The notes: generated by a model from the letters alone, not told the origin. A stretch of DNA of 61,568 nucleotides, filler included, from Sluysia triapertura (GCA_046118255.1; 4 parts of 4 records of this genome joined end to end with filler, not necessarily neighbours in it), one strand, 5' to 3'. Numbered from the whole stretch's first letter, positions 13,256 through 26,508 are shown. Made by a program: numbers and translations.

Positions 13256-15674
13256 CTTTATTATGAATTTTATTTAAATGCCTCAACAATTAAATTAAAC
13301 ATTTAACATGTAAAATAATTAAATTAAATTAATTTTGTAATTATAAAAATACTCACTTGTTCCAATACTAAAGGTACAAGTTCATGTTGAGTATTGTTTC
13401 TGTCCCATATATTATACAATTGATAACAATCATATGAAAATTTCACCACCACATCTAGCATACAAATTGAACCAACCAAAATAGCTTTTGTTTTCGTTAC
13501 TCGCTATATTAATTAATTAATTAATCAATTAATATTACCTAGGAAAACAATCAAATTGACAAAAATAATAATAATGTTTGGACAATATAAAAAAATTATA
13601 ATTTAATAAAGCTTAATACTTCTTGAAACTTATTTTCCTAATCCATGCACATTTTAAAACTTATCTCAATCAACATTTATTGATTCGTTGCATGGGTGGT
13701 TGATCCTGTTTGGATCACATGATTGATTATCGGATGTAAAACATCAGCTGATTTGTTTGGAATCACGATAATTGGATTGTCGTAATATTTTTTATTTTCC
13801 TATATTACCATTCTTTAACAATATTTTAATTGTACTTAAATCGATCAATAAATTCTTAAACTTTCACAAACTTTATTTTGATAACGCCAATGTTCTACAT
13901 ATTCATTTTTCAATTTTCGATTTTAACAAAGGATTTTCTCGCAATAGTATTATTATTATTTTTTATTATTTTTATTTTTATTTCATCCATTTTATTCATT
14001 TTGTTTCTTATGAACTAATGCAAAAAATTCAACTTATTTTGAATTGAATCTATATTTTAATTTATATAAAATTAATGTTTCACCCATTTTTTTCTAAACA
14101 AAGTTTGCATCTAATTATTAACAAAATAAGCACGAGTATACATGCAGATACAAGAAATATGTTCACTATGTCATATTTTTAATTAGTAATTGAGCAATTT
14201 GGTGGGATGTATATGTAACAACAGTATTTTTATCGGGATAAATGTGTCCCAGTAGTACTTTGCAATAATGCATATCAAAGTATTATTTTTATAAAAAGAT
14301 ATTATAAATTCTTTCATACAAATAAAAATGTAATCCAATTTTATTTAAAACAAAGACATAAAAGAGTATTAACAACATGTACAAATTGCAAATTCATCAA
14401 AAACAAATGTTCCGGTACACTATTTTCTTTGCAGTATACTGGGACATATATATATATCCCAGTAGGATTGAAATGGTTAATATAGAACAATCATTCAAAT
14501 GAACTTTTAGATTTTTGAAATATAATTCAATATAACCAATAACTTATTTTATTATAACTTATTTTGGAGACTTATACGGAGACCTTCTGTTAACCCTTTC
14601 AATTCTCTTGGGCTATATTCACAATGAATTTCTAATAAACTGTCCCAGGGCATATTCATCCCACCAAATTGCTCGATTACTAATTAAAAATGTATCTATA
14701 TGTATATTAGTACTTATTGTACTAAAATTTAGGTACAAAAATTATTTAGAAAAAAACCTTATTGAAAGTATCAAAGGAAACAACAAAAAGATTAAAAGTG
14801 AAACACCATGTTAAGATGTCACTGTAACCGGACCCTACTCAAAATTATTTTGCCGCAGGTTAATAAGAAAAACTAGAGCAAATATAAAGTAATAATATAG
14901 AAAATAATATTAAAATCTATTAAAAATCATTAATCAATTTACAAAGTGAAAATGAATAAATTTTTGTTCAAAATAACTTCGCGTTTAGTTCTCGAAAATT
15001 GATTATATTGATTTTATGGATTCCATATGTGGAAGGTAAAGCGGGACATAACTATCGCGTTATAAGAATGATAACTGAATACAAAACGAACATAAACATA
15101 CAAACATTGAATAATAAAAATAGTTTAATAGTTTGATTTGGGATCGCATTACATAATGATCACACAGTTGGCATCCGGTTCTCGAAAAAAATTGAATTAA
15201 CGTGAAACCATTTTACCTCTTTTATCGAGAAATTCATTTGATTGGCCTATTTTATTTTTATCATGAAGTTTTATTTGTTTCTCTATCAATACAAGTACAA
15301 ATTTAGCACGCCTAGTACCGAACTGACATGAACTTTATAGAGCACGTTCCCGATTACCATCGGTTTTGCTCCATGCAGTTTCTATTTTACACTTCATTAG
15401 GAAAACTTGAGTATTAAATAAAAAAATAAAACTTATTTAAAAACAAAATTGTTGTATATATCTCGTTATTTTTTGAATAATGTCAATACATTTTTCATAC
15501 AATTATTTATTATTAGTATATATTAGAAAAAATTAATACATTCCAGATAAATTATTGGTTAACAACTAAAAAATATACTTTAAATTCCATATAAGGTAAG
15601 CATTAGAAACAATATTATTGAAATCTACACTGGATTCAGCACGAAACATTGATTTCATATATACCAAGAGGTGT

Positions 15675-15729
<55 letters not shown>

Positions 15730-16011
15730 TAAATAATAATATTAATAATAATGTTTGACAAACTTTTACTTCATGCACTAATCTACCGGTAGGCAATTTG
15801 GGAAATTGACTATAAATGATGATAAAGACAATAATTGTAATAATAAACATAATATTCGTAATTAATATACGAAAAGTAATTACAATTTGTTTTATTAAAT
15901 TATAATTAGTGCTTGAATCCTGGTAACTTGAAGCATCCCATTTCGTTGTTACTGTACATGAAATGAGCATAATTAATGCAAAGATAATAACTAGGTAATA
16001 TTTAACTCTAA

Positions 16012-16066
<55 letters not shown>

Positions 16067-19000
16067 TAATGCAAATCTAAATATATAAATAATAAAAATG
16101 TTGATGCTGATAATTATATTGATAGTTATAATAATAATTATTATTATTCAACAGAACGATCAGCTCTTTCACTATCGAAAGCATTCGCCTACCTCCTTTT
16201 TTATTTCAATGACAAGCATTAACTATACACTTCTTTTAAATGTTGATTTATTTTTGTCTTGATTTTTCTTTTAAACAAAAATTTTATTATACTTCTGCAT
16301 CTTTTAGATGCAACCATCATATACTGAATAATTCAAAAACGGCTACTGTAAATGTAAATATATCAACCGATTAAAACAAAATTAATTTTATCTATGTTAA
16401 AGTAACATTAAATTTCAGGTACATATTCGAATTTTAGGACATTTTGAGCATATCATATACACTTAAGTGTGATATGTTTAAAATATTTCTTCATGTTATG
16501 ACAAGTAATAGAATTTGAAATTTTTTTGCTTCAATAATTGACATCAAGTATGTCTTCTTTGTTTGTTAAATGTAATATAATATTTTCATGGTTTTATGCA
16601 TCATATATAATATTTTAACATAACTATGCGTAATACAAGTGTCTGCTACAGAATATTAGACAAGAGTGTATGTGCTGGTAAATAGGAATAAATTAACCGA
16701 AGAATTAATTAGAAGAAACTGCTGTATAAGTAGGTGTTTTTCATTGTACAATGATATTAAAAAATTTTTCTTCTGCATAAATCACATTGTTTTGTATTTC
16801 TGATCTTAAGTCTCTGCTAAGATGATCTTTAAAATCGACATTTCAAAATATTTATCTTCCTCTTTTTTCGCTTGTTCATGAATGTCATTTAATTAAGGTT
16901 TTTCTTCTTTCTTTTCGTTTTATTTATATTGTTGCTTTGTGACTTTGATTTATTGAATTAATTTTTAGCAGAAAATCACGTTCTCCTATTATTCCCTGAA
17001 TGTGCAAATAATAAGAAAGAAAATAGATAATAAATAATAAAATGGAAGACACTGAGCAGTAAAAATATGATAGCGCCATGACGAATTCAATGACAAGAAA
17101 TGTTCAAAATTATGGTCACATTATTCATAGATATTAAAATCAAATAGCGTGATTTTACACGGTTAAACTTTTAATTTTATGAAATTGAGTTTTAATGTGA
17201 AAATATAAGATTTGGTGCAGTTCTAAGTATTGATGTTTCTAATGTGTATTATGAATTGGGTTCAAATTTAAGCTAGGATGTGTATGTGCATGTATGTAAG
17301 TAGTATAATATAATTGTGGAAAAGGTTAAAGTACCGCATCTTTTAAATCGTAAAATCGTGAATATCTTTTATTGAACGTCCCAAACTACTTAATCAATCA
17401 ATGACTGAGGTATAATTTATTTATATATAAAATTATAATTTAATTTTATAATTATATTGGAATTTCAGACAGACTAATAATTGATTCATGTATACAAGTT
17501 ATAATTTGCATAACATCCTAGATAAAATAAATTAAAAATTGTAAAATTTTAATTAGTAAAATTTAAATCTTGTTTTAAACAATTCTGAATGTTCATTAAT
17601 GATGAGTGATTTACTTTTGTTTTTGCCTACTATTATAACAGGTTTGTTTTATTCACAAAGGTATTTTATCATCAATACGTTTATTTTGTTCTTTTGAGAC
17701 TAAAAAGAGAGTTTAAATTGAAATAAAAACTAAATTTTTTTAATGTACTTCTATCTCTTACATCAGAAACTCCAATTTTCAGACACAATTAATAAATCAA
17801 TTTAAATTGAAATGTTGATATTTTAACGTAACGAGTTAATAAACTAAAATGATTTCATCAGACGAATAACTTCTAATTATACAACAGATTTTGAGTTGCA
17901 ATCATCAAAGGTTTAACGAATTGACACTATCATTTTTCTTATCTTCGGTTTTTATTGAATTACAACTATTTAATTTTTATAAACAATACTAGGATCTCAA
18001 TCAATTATAACAATTAATTCAATCAATTTTATATAAATTATTGATGCAAAAAAGATTGTAAATTATAGTATTATTTATCACAAAAATGAAAAAATCACTT
18101 AAATTTAATTTTTCAATTTATGAAATCAAAAAACTATAGAAACACAATTTCAAACTTCTGAATTCCAGCTTGGACAAGGAGAAATTATATTTAAATATTG
18201 AACAAAAAGTAACACACTGGAAAATCGAATAATAAAATAGTTCACATTTTTATTAAAATTATACATACTGATATTAAAAGTCCATCTACTTTCAAATCTT
18301 GAAAAGCATAATGAGAGAAAATTTAAAAATTCAATTTATAATGAATAGTACTTAGTAACCATCAATTGATGTCACTGTGTGACGAAAGAGGTATAACTAT
18401 AAAATTCAATACAAAAACTATAAACTTCATATCAAAACATCAAATGTGTTTGGACACTAGACGAAAATTAAATATTTATTTCATTTATATTTTCATATAT
18501 TTGTAGCCAAATTAGAATCAATATTGCATATATTAACTAATAACGCAGGTTTAATAATAAATGGTTACATGTTTACCTTTTTATGATAAAGTTTATTTGA
18601 CTAAAACTTTGCAAATACATTGGCTTAAGAATTTAAAAGAATTTAAATAAGAATTTATAACTTATTTAGTTTGAATACGTTATACTGATTTAAATAGAAA
18701 CCCAATCTTAAATTTATTAAACATTAATTGAATGCTGACTTAATTTATTATAAACTATACTATAGAAAATTTAAAAATAACCTAGTACGATCCATTTGAA
18801 TACCATTCAATACAACTTTTTCATATGTTCCATAATAAAATAATGTTATTAACAACACAATCATATATTGAAGTACAAGAGGCAGATTGATTAATAACCA
18901 ATATGAAAAATAATCTAAACGTTCCACAGTTTCAAAATCGTTGTAGAAAAACGAAAATAAAACTATTCTCAACGCTGTAAAAACGCAGCATAAATAAAAA

Positions 19001-19176
19001 TAAATAGTTTGGGTTGACAAAAGTTTATGCCTCAATATCAATACCAGCCATAACTGAATGTATGAAACGAAAAACAAAACTGTATAAAATATAGTAAATG
19101 TAACCGTTACACCTAATTCTACATGATGATGAATTAAATCAAATAGTTCTCCACTGTTATTAGAATTGTTCACCAT
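13043..19176 (-). CDS. GPR137: GPR137/TM7SF1-family integral membrane protein (7TM, lysosomal), spliced gene
   Basis: Exons 19176-18782, 16007-15764, 13503-13357, 13255-13043 join in frame. Exon 1 ELGVTVTFTIFYTVLFFVSYIQLWLVLILRHKLLSTQTIYFYLC...LRIVLFSFFY...WLLINLPLVLQ matches the GPR137 family motif (KLGLTVVY..FY.LLF...YVQLWLVL.YRHKRLSYQ..FLFLC...LRTVLFSFYF). The last exon boundary is less certain. Confidence 0.88.
13357..13503 (-). CDS. GPR137: GPR137-like exon 3 (TM6)
   Basis: ATAG|RVTKTKAILVGSICMLDVVVKFSYDCYQ...VLEQ|GTGAGT; 147 nt, phase 0 to phase 0. Confidence 0.8.
14100..14480 (-). mobile_element. piggyBac-type non-autonomous element end
   Basis: Ends ...GGATTGAAATGG|TTAA. Internal 14176-14210 is an inverted copy of 14656-14691. 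Confidence 0.55.
14590..14863 (+). mobile_element. piggyBac-type non-autonomous element, related copy in opposite orientation
   Basis: Starts TTAA|CCCTTTCAATTC; carries CATCCCACCAAATTGCTCGATTACTAATTAAAAAT; possible end CAGG|TTAA at about 14860. Confidence 0.5.
15676..15750. repeat. (AAT)n microsatellite at the start of GPR137 intron 2
   Basis: Visible run; produces the false poly-Leu tail in ORF 15674..15970. Confidence 0.95.
15764..16007 (-). CDS. GPR137: GPR137-like exon 2 (TM4-TM5)
   Basis: TTTAG|A GTT AAA...: VKYYLVIIFALIMLISC...VITFRILITNIMFII...RLVHEVK|GTTTGT. Phase compatible with exon 1; resembles family IVSVRVAINDTLF...IYLESK. Confidence 0.85.
16014..16066. repeat. (AAT)n microsatellite at the end of GPR137 intron 1
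   Basis: Visible run abutting the acceptor site. Confidence 0.95.
16150..16345 (-). mobile_element. Mariner transposase N-terminal relic
   Basis: Minus-strand translation RSIIKFLFKRKIKTKINQHLKEVYS resembles the mariner HTH start (RSVIxFL...EIHxxLxEVYG). Confidence 0.45.
18782..19176 (-). CDS. GPR137: GPR137-like exon 1 (TM1-TM3)
   Basis: ATG at 19176; ORF track 18760..19185; donor AG|GTTATT, phase 2. Confidence 0.92.
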
Positions 19177-21169
19177 AAATTTCACTTAAAATTATGTATA
19201 ATGTTATCCTGATTTACATAAGTAAGATTTAAAATTTTCCAATAAATAATAATGCACTAAACTCTCAATTTGTTACACTTCAATTTATCCAAATATAATA
19301 GTATTAGTATTTAATATAAGCTCTGGACATAGTCTTATTTATATTATTTGTAAAATTAAAATTTAATATGAAAAATAAAGATATTTTAAAATATATTATT
19401 TTCCAAAATTAAGATTTATTTAAGTTCCATTTACTCAAGGTTAAACTTTTTTGATAATTATGCTTCAATAAAAGAATGTTATAATTTGGAAATTAAATTT
19501 ATCATAAATAGTGTAAAATTAAAAAAATACACAAATTGTATATGTTATTCTATTTAATAAAGTTTGAAATTACTTATGTTGTAATTTCATAACACTGTAT
19601 TTTGTATTTTGCAGAATTTAAGTTTTATATAATAATAAAATAATGGAATTGTTGTAGCCACAAACGCGGAATAAATTTTTCATAAATAAAATTTTAAGCA
19701 AACTTCGACTCAACCTAACACTTGTTAAACTTGAAACACTAGTAACAACACAATGTAACAACTGAAAACTCAATATATTCTCACAAAAATTATAATAATT
19801 ATGTTAATATGTATACACATCTGTTGCGTCTTTGAAAATTATTAATTATGCTAAATCAATAAAAATTTAATTAACTTTAATAAAATCTCAATAATTTAAG
19901 TAGTCACTATATCAAATATAAATTTTCAATAATTAACTTATTTAATATCAATAATTATTCACACCAAAATGAAGTTCTTGGAAATCAAATTAATAACAAC
20001 AACAATTTACTGGTTAAATAAAAATCAGTTGATATTATTATAAATCTCTATTAAGCAGTACTAAAAATGATTAAAATGACTAGATTAACAATAACGTTTA
20101 TAATAGTCTCAATGATATAACAATCTATCAAAAGAAATCAGAGATGATGCAACACTAAGAAAAATATTAACTATTATTCACGATTATCAAATATAAATTT
20201 TTCAACACAACACAAGAACAAAAACTATTTTAATAAAATCTTCCAAAAAATATTATTATTTTTAATTATATAATAAATTCAAAAATTACTTAAAGCATGG
20301 ATCTTCTCATTTGCGTTACTAATTGTTATTATTGTTGTATTGTTGTTGTAGTTGTTGTTGAGTTGAGTTTTAAAACTTAAGTTTTCCTTTTTATATTTTC
20401 TCATCATCCATTAATTTCCAATTTTGTGATTAAACATTTTCTCACACATACCACTGCAACATTATTTGAGAATTAATCCGACAATAATAACTTTGACACT
20501 TACTTGGTAGAGACTGTCAAACTTTATTAGAGACAACACAAAAATTTGATTTACGATTATCTATTATTTTCTTTTACTCTACTCAATCTAAATTTATTTA
20601 AATTAATTCTCACATTAAAATGCTAATCATTATTATCATTTCTGGTTTTTCACACCCAATTTCCTAATTAAAAAACAAACCACTCTACAGACATTTCAAA
20701 CTCACTTCTACACTCTCCTTTTTCGTAGCAACCATCTCATATTCATTTCATCATATTTGCATCATTCTAAGTATAAAAATTCAACATTACATAATTAAGA
20801 ATTAATTAAAATTTCACTTTGCTCAATATTAAGGCTTTCCTTGCATGAACTCGGTCAATGTCATACCTTCATCGAAAGGTCTTTTCAAAACAAATACATA
20901 CAAAATTTCAAATTCAACATAGCATTCCGCATTCAAAGGTTTTTCACAAAAACGTACTTTTTCTTAATTAATTAAGATTTTAATTAATTAATCTATTTTT
21001 AGAATGAATCTTATTCTATTTTAAAGGTTTTATTGAGGTTCTAAATCTATTTAGTAATTTAAAGCACTCAGGAGGCTCTAGATGTTTTCACCTTCACCTC
21101 TCTGATTCTTTTTTCTACTTCTTCATGTTAATTATTACCATATTAAACTTATCTTTATTATTCTGAACA

Positions 21170-21269
21170 NNNNNNNNNNNNNNNNNNNNNNNNNNNNNNN
21201 NNNNNNNNNNNNNTTAATTAATTAANNNNNNNNNNNNNNNNNNNNNNNNNNNNNNNNNNNNNNNNNNNN
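21170..21269. other. Assembly gap with TTAATTAATTAA spacer
   Basis: 44 N + TTAATTAATTAA (21214-21225) + 44 N. Confidence 0.98.
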
Positions 21270-21329
21270 CTCTAACTTTGAACTTTTTAGTATACAGGTA
21301 ATTAATTAATTATATATGTACAATGAAAA

Positions 21330-21414
21330 ACACAAAAAAATTTTTTGGGGAGGGGGAGGGGTGTTGAAAAAAATTTGACAGTCCCAGTTTGGCGAAAAAA
21401 AAATGGTAACCCTA
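21330..21414. mobile_element. hAT-like transposon terminus
   Basis: ...GACAGTCCCAGTTTGGCG...ATGGTAACCCTA resembles hAT ends; a similar CTGGTAACCTTG occurs at 4682. Confidence 0.35.
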
Positions 21415-21879
21415 GTTATGGTTAAGTAAGGTAATGTGATTCCTGTTAATTTCGTTATAATTTAAAAGTATGACATTACTCTCTAATGGGTTATTTAGTC
21501 TTACAATGTTATTATCCACTTTCGTAGTCCATATTGATCATGTAGGTAATATATAAATCTCATAAAATTCATAAATTCCTTCTAATTTTATAAAATAGAA
21601 TATATACTAATTTTTTCTCATCTACTGTTATTCTAAAATGATAGTAACATTAAAAGATTGATTTTCGAACATGTCATTACAAAAAACAATCAGAATTTGA
21701 AGTTTATTCATGGAAGTGATGAACTTACACCAAATGTCTAAAGAACACTCTAACTGAGAGTTACTTAAAGTGTTATTTGTTAACTTAATATCGCTTCACA
21801 TTTCCTTTCGTCTGCTTCAATATTGACTTATCCTTGTTTCTTACACTTTTAAGAATTTGTCATTAACAAAACTATTAAA

Positions 21880-23330
21880 GTTTACAAATTTCTATTGATA
21901 TTCAGAAATTTCGTCCTTCGGGGATATGTAACCTTGATCCCCAAACAATTCGTGCTTCCATTTGGCTGAGTCGCCTTTTCCTTAAGGAAAAGCGGAGCAT
22001 GATCTTTTCCCTGAGATACAAAATAGGGGGATTTCGAAACCAGCGACAAATAACGCAAGATTTGCCAATGTTGTAAAAACTTACAAACCCATGGACTTTG
22101 AACCCGTCTGCATTCCTCAATGGACGGATTTCTAAGGGAAAACAACTTTTCTTCAAGTTGAAAAATCTACGAAACTACCAACCCTAATTCCTTAGTAGAC
22201 TGCCACACGCAGTAATATCAAACTTGTGTCACGACAAATAACTTCTTCCCAAATTTCAAAGTCTAGGAAATACTTGCCAAATTGCAAAGCTATCATCGTC
22301 CTCAAAAGGTCACGCTTAAACCTCAATTACCACGTGGACACAATAGTAATCGCCAGATTCTACTCATTAAAATGAATAGAAAGAGAAACCAATAAAACAC
22401 AATAATATGCGGCAAAAATTGGCACCTAATATTGAAGTAATGAAGAAACCTCCCCTATATATTATTAAAGGTTTCTTCACCAACAACATTATTATCATAA
22501 TAGATGATTATACATATTTCTATGTCAAACTCAATGACTGAACATCTGCTTATTCCTCCTCTTCCTCACCCTAAAGATGTTGATGACAGTGATAAGAATT
22601 TTTGGAAACCTCTCCTCGCCACTTATATCACTTATATCTACCTTGCATTGCCATATATCCACCCAAACAAACTTATAGCTTACCTAATTCAGGTTGGTCC
22701 CATTTATTGGCCTCTTTTATTTGTAATATCGCCATAAAGTACAACCGTAACCCTGATATCCTTATGTTGTATCCACCTGATATTGACGCCTTAAGGGAAA
22801 TAATATAAAACATTGTGGCCCACTCTATTAAGCAATCATCAACCTACATCATTCTATGTAATCCCTTGGAAATAGAATTAATAAAGATAACTTTTCTATT
22901 GATGATGAAATTTCCGAATTTTGCGACTTGATACAAACTTTTCCCACCCAAACTTCTCAATATCCTATCCCAATTTAAAAAGAGGTCACATCTTAAACAG
23001 AAAGCATACAATTAGGAGTCTTGATCTGGATAAATTATTTGAACAGAATCAGACCAAAGCATTCTAATTGATTACACATACCCAGTCTCCTTCCATTACT
23101 CCCTCGACGCTTGAAATCTGTCAATACTATGGATCTGGGATTGTTTCCCCTTTCGATCCATCTTTGATGGGAATGCTACCTTACAATATGAACGCATTAA
23201 GTAATGATCTGTGAAAATTTGCTTTGAAAATAAATTATAATACGTTAAGTGAGTCCTCTATGACACTGGGCTTACGCACTTAGGTACCAGTGCATAGAAG
23301 TCAGCGAGTAAGAAAAATGGAAATTGAAGG
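21880..23330 (+). mobile_element. GC-elevated degenerate sequence, probably a retroelement relic
   Basis: Higher GC and C-skew than flanks, many broken frames, no clean motif recognised. Confidence 0.3.
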
Positions 23331-24018
23331 TGAACGTGATTTTATTTCCGATCTAAAAAGATCATTTAAAATATTTTATTAAATTTTCCTTTAGTAAACA
23401 CTTTAAGAATTTTTTCCATTTTATGATTATTTAATTTATTAGTGTTCAAAAAGATTATCTTATAATTGCTCTGAATTCTTAATATTGTTTATGTTAATAA
23501 CATATTCAAAGAAAACATAATTACATAATCTAAATTACATAATTGTTAAATTAATAACACAAATGTAATTAAGTTAATTTATAAACAAAATATTGATATA
23601 TACTGAAATATCGTTATTACTTAAATATAATTGTCACAAATAGACTTATCAATAAAAGTATTGTGTAACGGGATAATAAAAAATAGTAATTTATTAATAT
23701 TATTATTTAATAAAAATATTTTTTCAATTTTAAGTTAAATTAGCAAAAGGAAAATTTGTGTAAATTCAATTTCGATTTTATTAATTTTTATAAATTGGTA
23801 TATCTAAATTAACAATTCAAATTAACTAACGATTGATTTAAATTGTATATTTAAATTCGGTAAATCAATTAACTCCTCACTGAGATTTATAATTACCACG
23901 TAAAACTTTTATAGTTATAATTCTCCAAAGAATTTGACTGATATATCTTTAAAAAATTCTCTACACAAATCTTTATATAAAATTCTCTGGTTAAATTTTC
24001 TTGAGTTAATTTTGTTGC

Positions 24019-24300
24019 AATAATAATAATAATATTTTTATATTGCGCTCATATCGACTGCGAAAGTGCTCAAAAGCGCTTAAGTAAATCATTCACCACA
24101 ATATTTCTGAAACAGTAAGAACTTTGCCTTTTTCTTAAATATTTCATAATCTTCCAGCAATTTGACATTCTCTGGTAATTGGTTGTATATTTTTGAAACA
24201 TAAACGGTATATAACCTACCATCTAGCTTATTATCAATGTGGATTCTGTAGATTATTATCATCTTGGTTTCCAAGTTACGTATTCTATTCTTGCCAAGGT
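24019..24300 (-). mobile_element. L2-clade LINE 3' end with (ATT)n tail
   Basis: ORF end YNQLPENVKLLEDYEIFKKKAKFLLF, then AAGCGCTTTTGAGCAC...GAGCGCAATATAAA(ATT)n, typical of L2-type 3' UTRs; homologous to 37633-38121. Confidence 0.8.
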
Positions 24301-26047
24301 CTATTGAATAATTTTATTTACTTTTCAGTTGACTTAAGAATTAATTAAATAAAATAATTGAAAACAATTAATCAATAATCTTTATTATTAAGCAACAATT
24401 ATTAAATGTTATCTCATTCTTAATAAAATGTCCATGTGATGTTTTCTCAGAATCATTGCTTAATTTAATTAGTTTAATGATAATTATGAATTTAGATATT
24501 ATTTTAAACATTTTTATTTTCATATATGGTTCATTTTAATAAAAAATTTGCTGCTATTTTCTATGCTTTTATTATACAAACTTTTAAGGTTGCTCTCTTC
24601 GATGATTCTTAGGCAGATTATCACCGGATTTTATAAACTCATTAAAGAGTTAATTATGTAATCGACCAATTAAATTCATGCGTGTGTTGGTGTGTGCACA
24701 AATTTAATAAACATTGTCCAGAAAAATTACACGAAGCTCGTAGATTAAGTTTTATGGTTAAGTTAAGAAATACATTACAAAAGCTAAACAATAACCAATA
24801 ATAATAATAATTATTATTATTATTATAATCATAATTATTGAAAATTCAATTTTCAATGATACATTTAATATCAGAATAAAATTACTAAAGAAATTCATTA
24901 ATTAATAAAGAAATACAAAGAAGTGAATAATTAATGAATAATTTAGTTTGTTCGTAGAATAAAATCGTAATAATAAAATGTGATAATCTTACTTTTTGTA
25001 GTTATTTTACCTTCACACAAATAAACAACAACAACAATCACTAAAAAAGACTTTCTCAAACTTTTAAACATTTACTTTATTTATTTTATTAATAAATAAA
25101 TCATTATTTTCATTATTATTATTATTATTTATTATTATTATTATTTATAATAATGGATTCGATTTGAAAATTATTAATGAAGACTGAATTAGAATTCAAA
25201 AGTGAGTGGGTGGATTAATTTAGTACGGATTGAAATTTGAGAGATGTGATTGGTTGATTGATGTGTATTGAGTTTTAATATATATAATGAATTTTGGATT
25301 AAATGTTAATAAAATGGAAATGAATTTTTTCACCAATCCTCATTCAATTTTGTATGAACGCTTTTATACATATTTCAACTATGAAACAATTAAATCGTTC
25401 ATTCTCCATTTTCAAAGGCTTCTAACACAACTTTGGCTTTCAGAAAGGTCAGTAAGTAGAGATGTCATGAAAATCAATGAAGTACAACTTCATCATATTC
25501 ATGATGCAACATGTGAAACATACGGAGACAGTGTAACAAACATATGTACACTTCTGGTCTTAGTATAACGTAATATATATTGTCTAGTTAATATAACTAT
25601 CCAATACTATCAAATATTTCAGAATCAGTAGTATGATACAAGGTTATTGATCGTTCATAGTACTATATAGTAGGTGTACACCAACTTATTAAGTGCGCCC
25701 CCAACTTAATAACAAAGTCATAACAAAATCATAGAAAAAACTTCATAAGTAAAATAAACACATCTTTCTTATAAATTAAATAATTGCTTTGAAATTTTAT
25801 TCTTGATGATTGTTCTACATCAAGAACGTAAATTATGGAATTAGATGATTGAATTACTTGAATTGGTAAAAAGCAAAACTTTGTAAAATTTAACAATTTT
25901 AAAATTTTTAGCGTCCCATCCGGGGCTCACCTCCTAGTTTGCGCACATTCGCTATACAGTAATGTTATACTCGAAAATTACAAATCTAATTATCCAATTA
26001 TACAGGCCTAAAAATGCCATTTAGAATAATGATACAAAATACAAAAT

Positions 26048-26123
26048 TGTTAGACAGTTTATAGCTTTATAGTTAGAGGGTCCGAGTTCGAATCTCGGTC
26101 AGTTCATTTAATGACGTCCAACA
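26048..26123 (+). mobile_element. tRNA-derived repeat module, copy 4 (internally deleted), followed by PBS-like TGG
   Basis: TGTTAGAC...GAGTTCGAATCTCGGTCAGTTCATTTAATGACGTCCAACA then TTTGGTGAGTCCAC. Confidence 0.75.
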
Positions 26124-26271
26124 TTTGGTGAGTCCACATATCGAATATCCTACTGATGTTGAATTAAATGATTTATATGACGTTTGAAGTCAAATATAAT
26201 TGAATTGGGTGAGATCTCTTCAGGTGCCATTTAGAATAATAATAGAATAATTGAATATAATAAAATAAAAT

Positions 26272-26381
26272 TGTTAGATGAGGCTGAGAGCTTAGTGATA
26301 GTTAGAGCATCGAACTGCTCACCTGTGAGGTAAGAAGTCCCGAGTTGGAATCCCGGTCAGTCAATTTAATGAAGTATAACA
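26272..26381 (+). mobile_element. tRNA-derived repeat module, copy 5 (direct repeat of copy 4)
   Basis: TGTTAGAT...AGCTTAGTG...AGAGCATCGAACTGC...GAGTTGGAATCCCGGTCAGTCAATTTAATGAAGTATAACA. Confidence 0.75.
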
Positions 26382-26459
26382 GTTAATTGTTTATTTATAT
26401 TAGGTGGTTTTGGTCGGTAGGCGATTCACACAACAAAACAATTTTTAAAAAACTGAAAA

Positions 26460-26462
<3 letters not shown>

Positions 26463-26508
<46 letters not shown>
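26463..26508. repeat. (AT)n microsatellite
   Basis: Visible run. Confidence 0.95.

Noticed and set aside
21214-21225. TTAATTAATTAA motif recurring inside N runs (also 34113 and 49620)
   Set aside because: Identical 44N-12-44N layout with stops in all frames; a scaffolding spacer, not biology.
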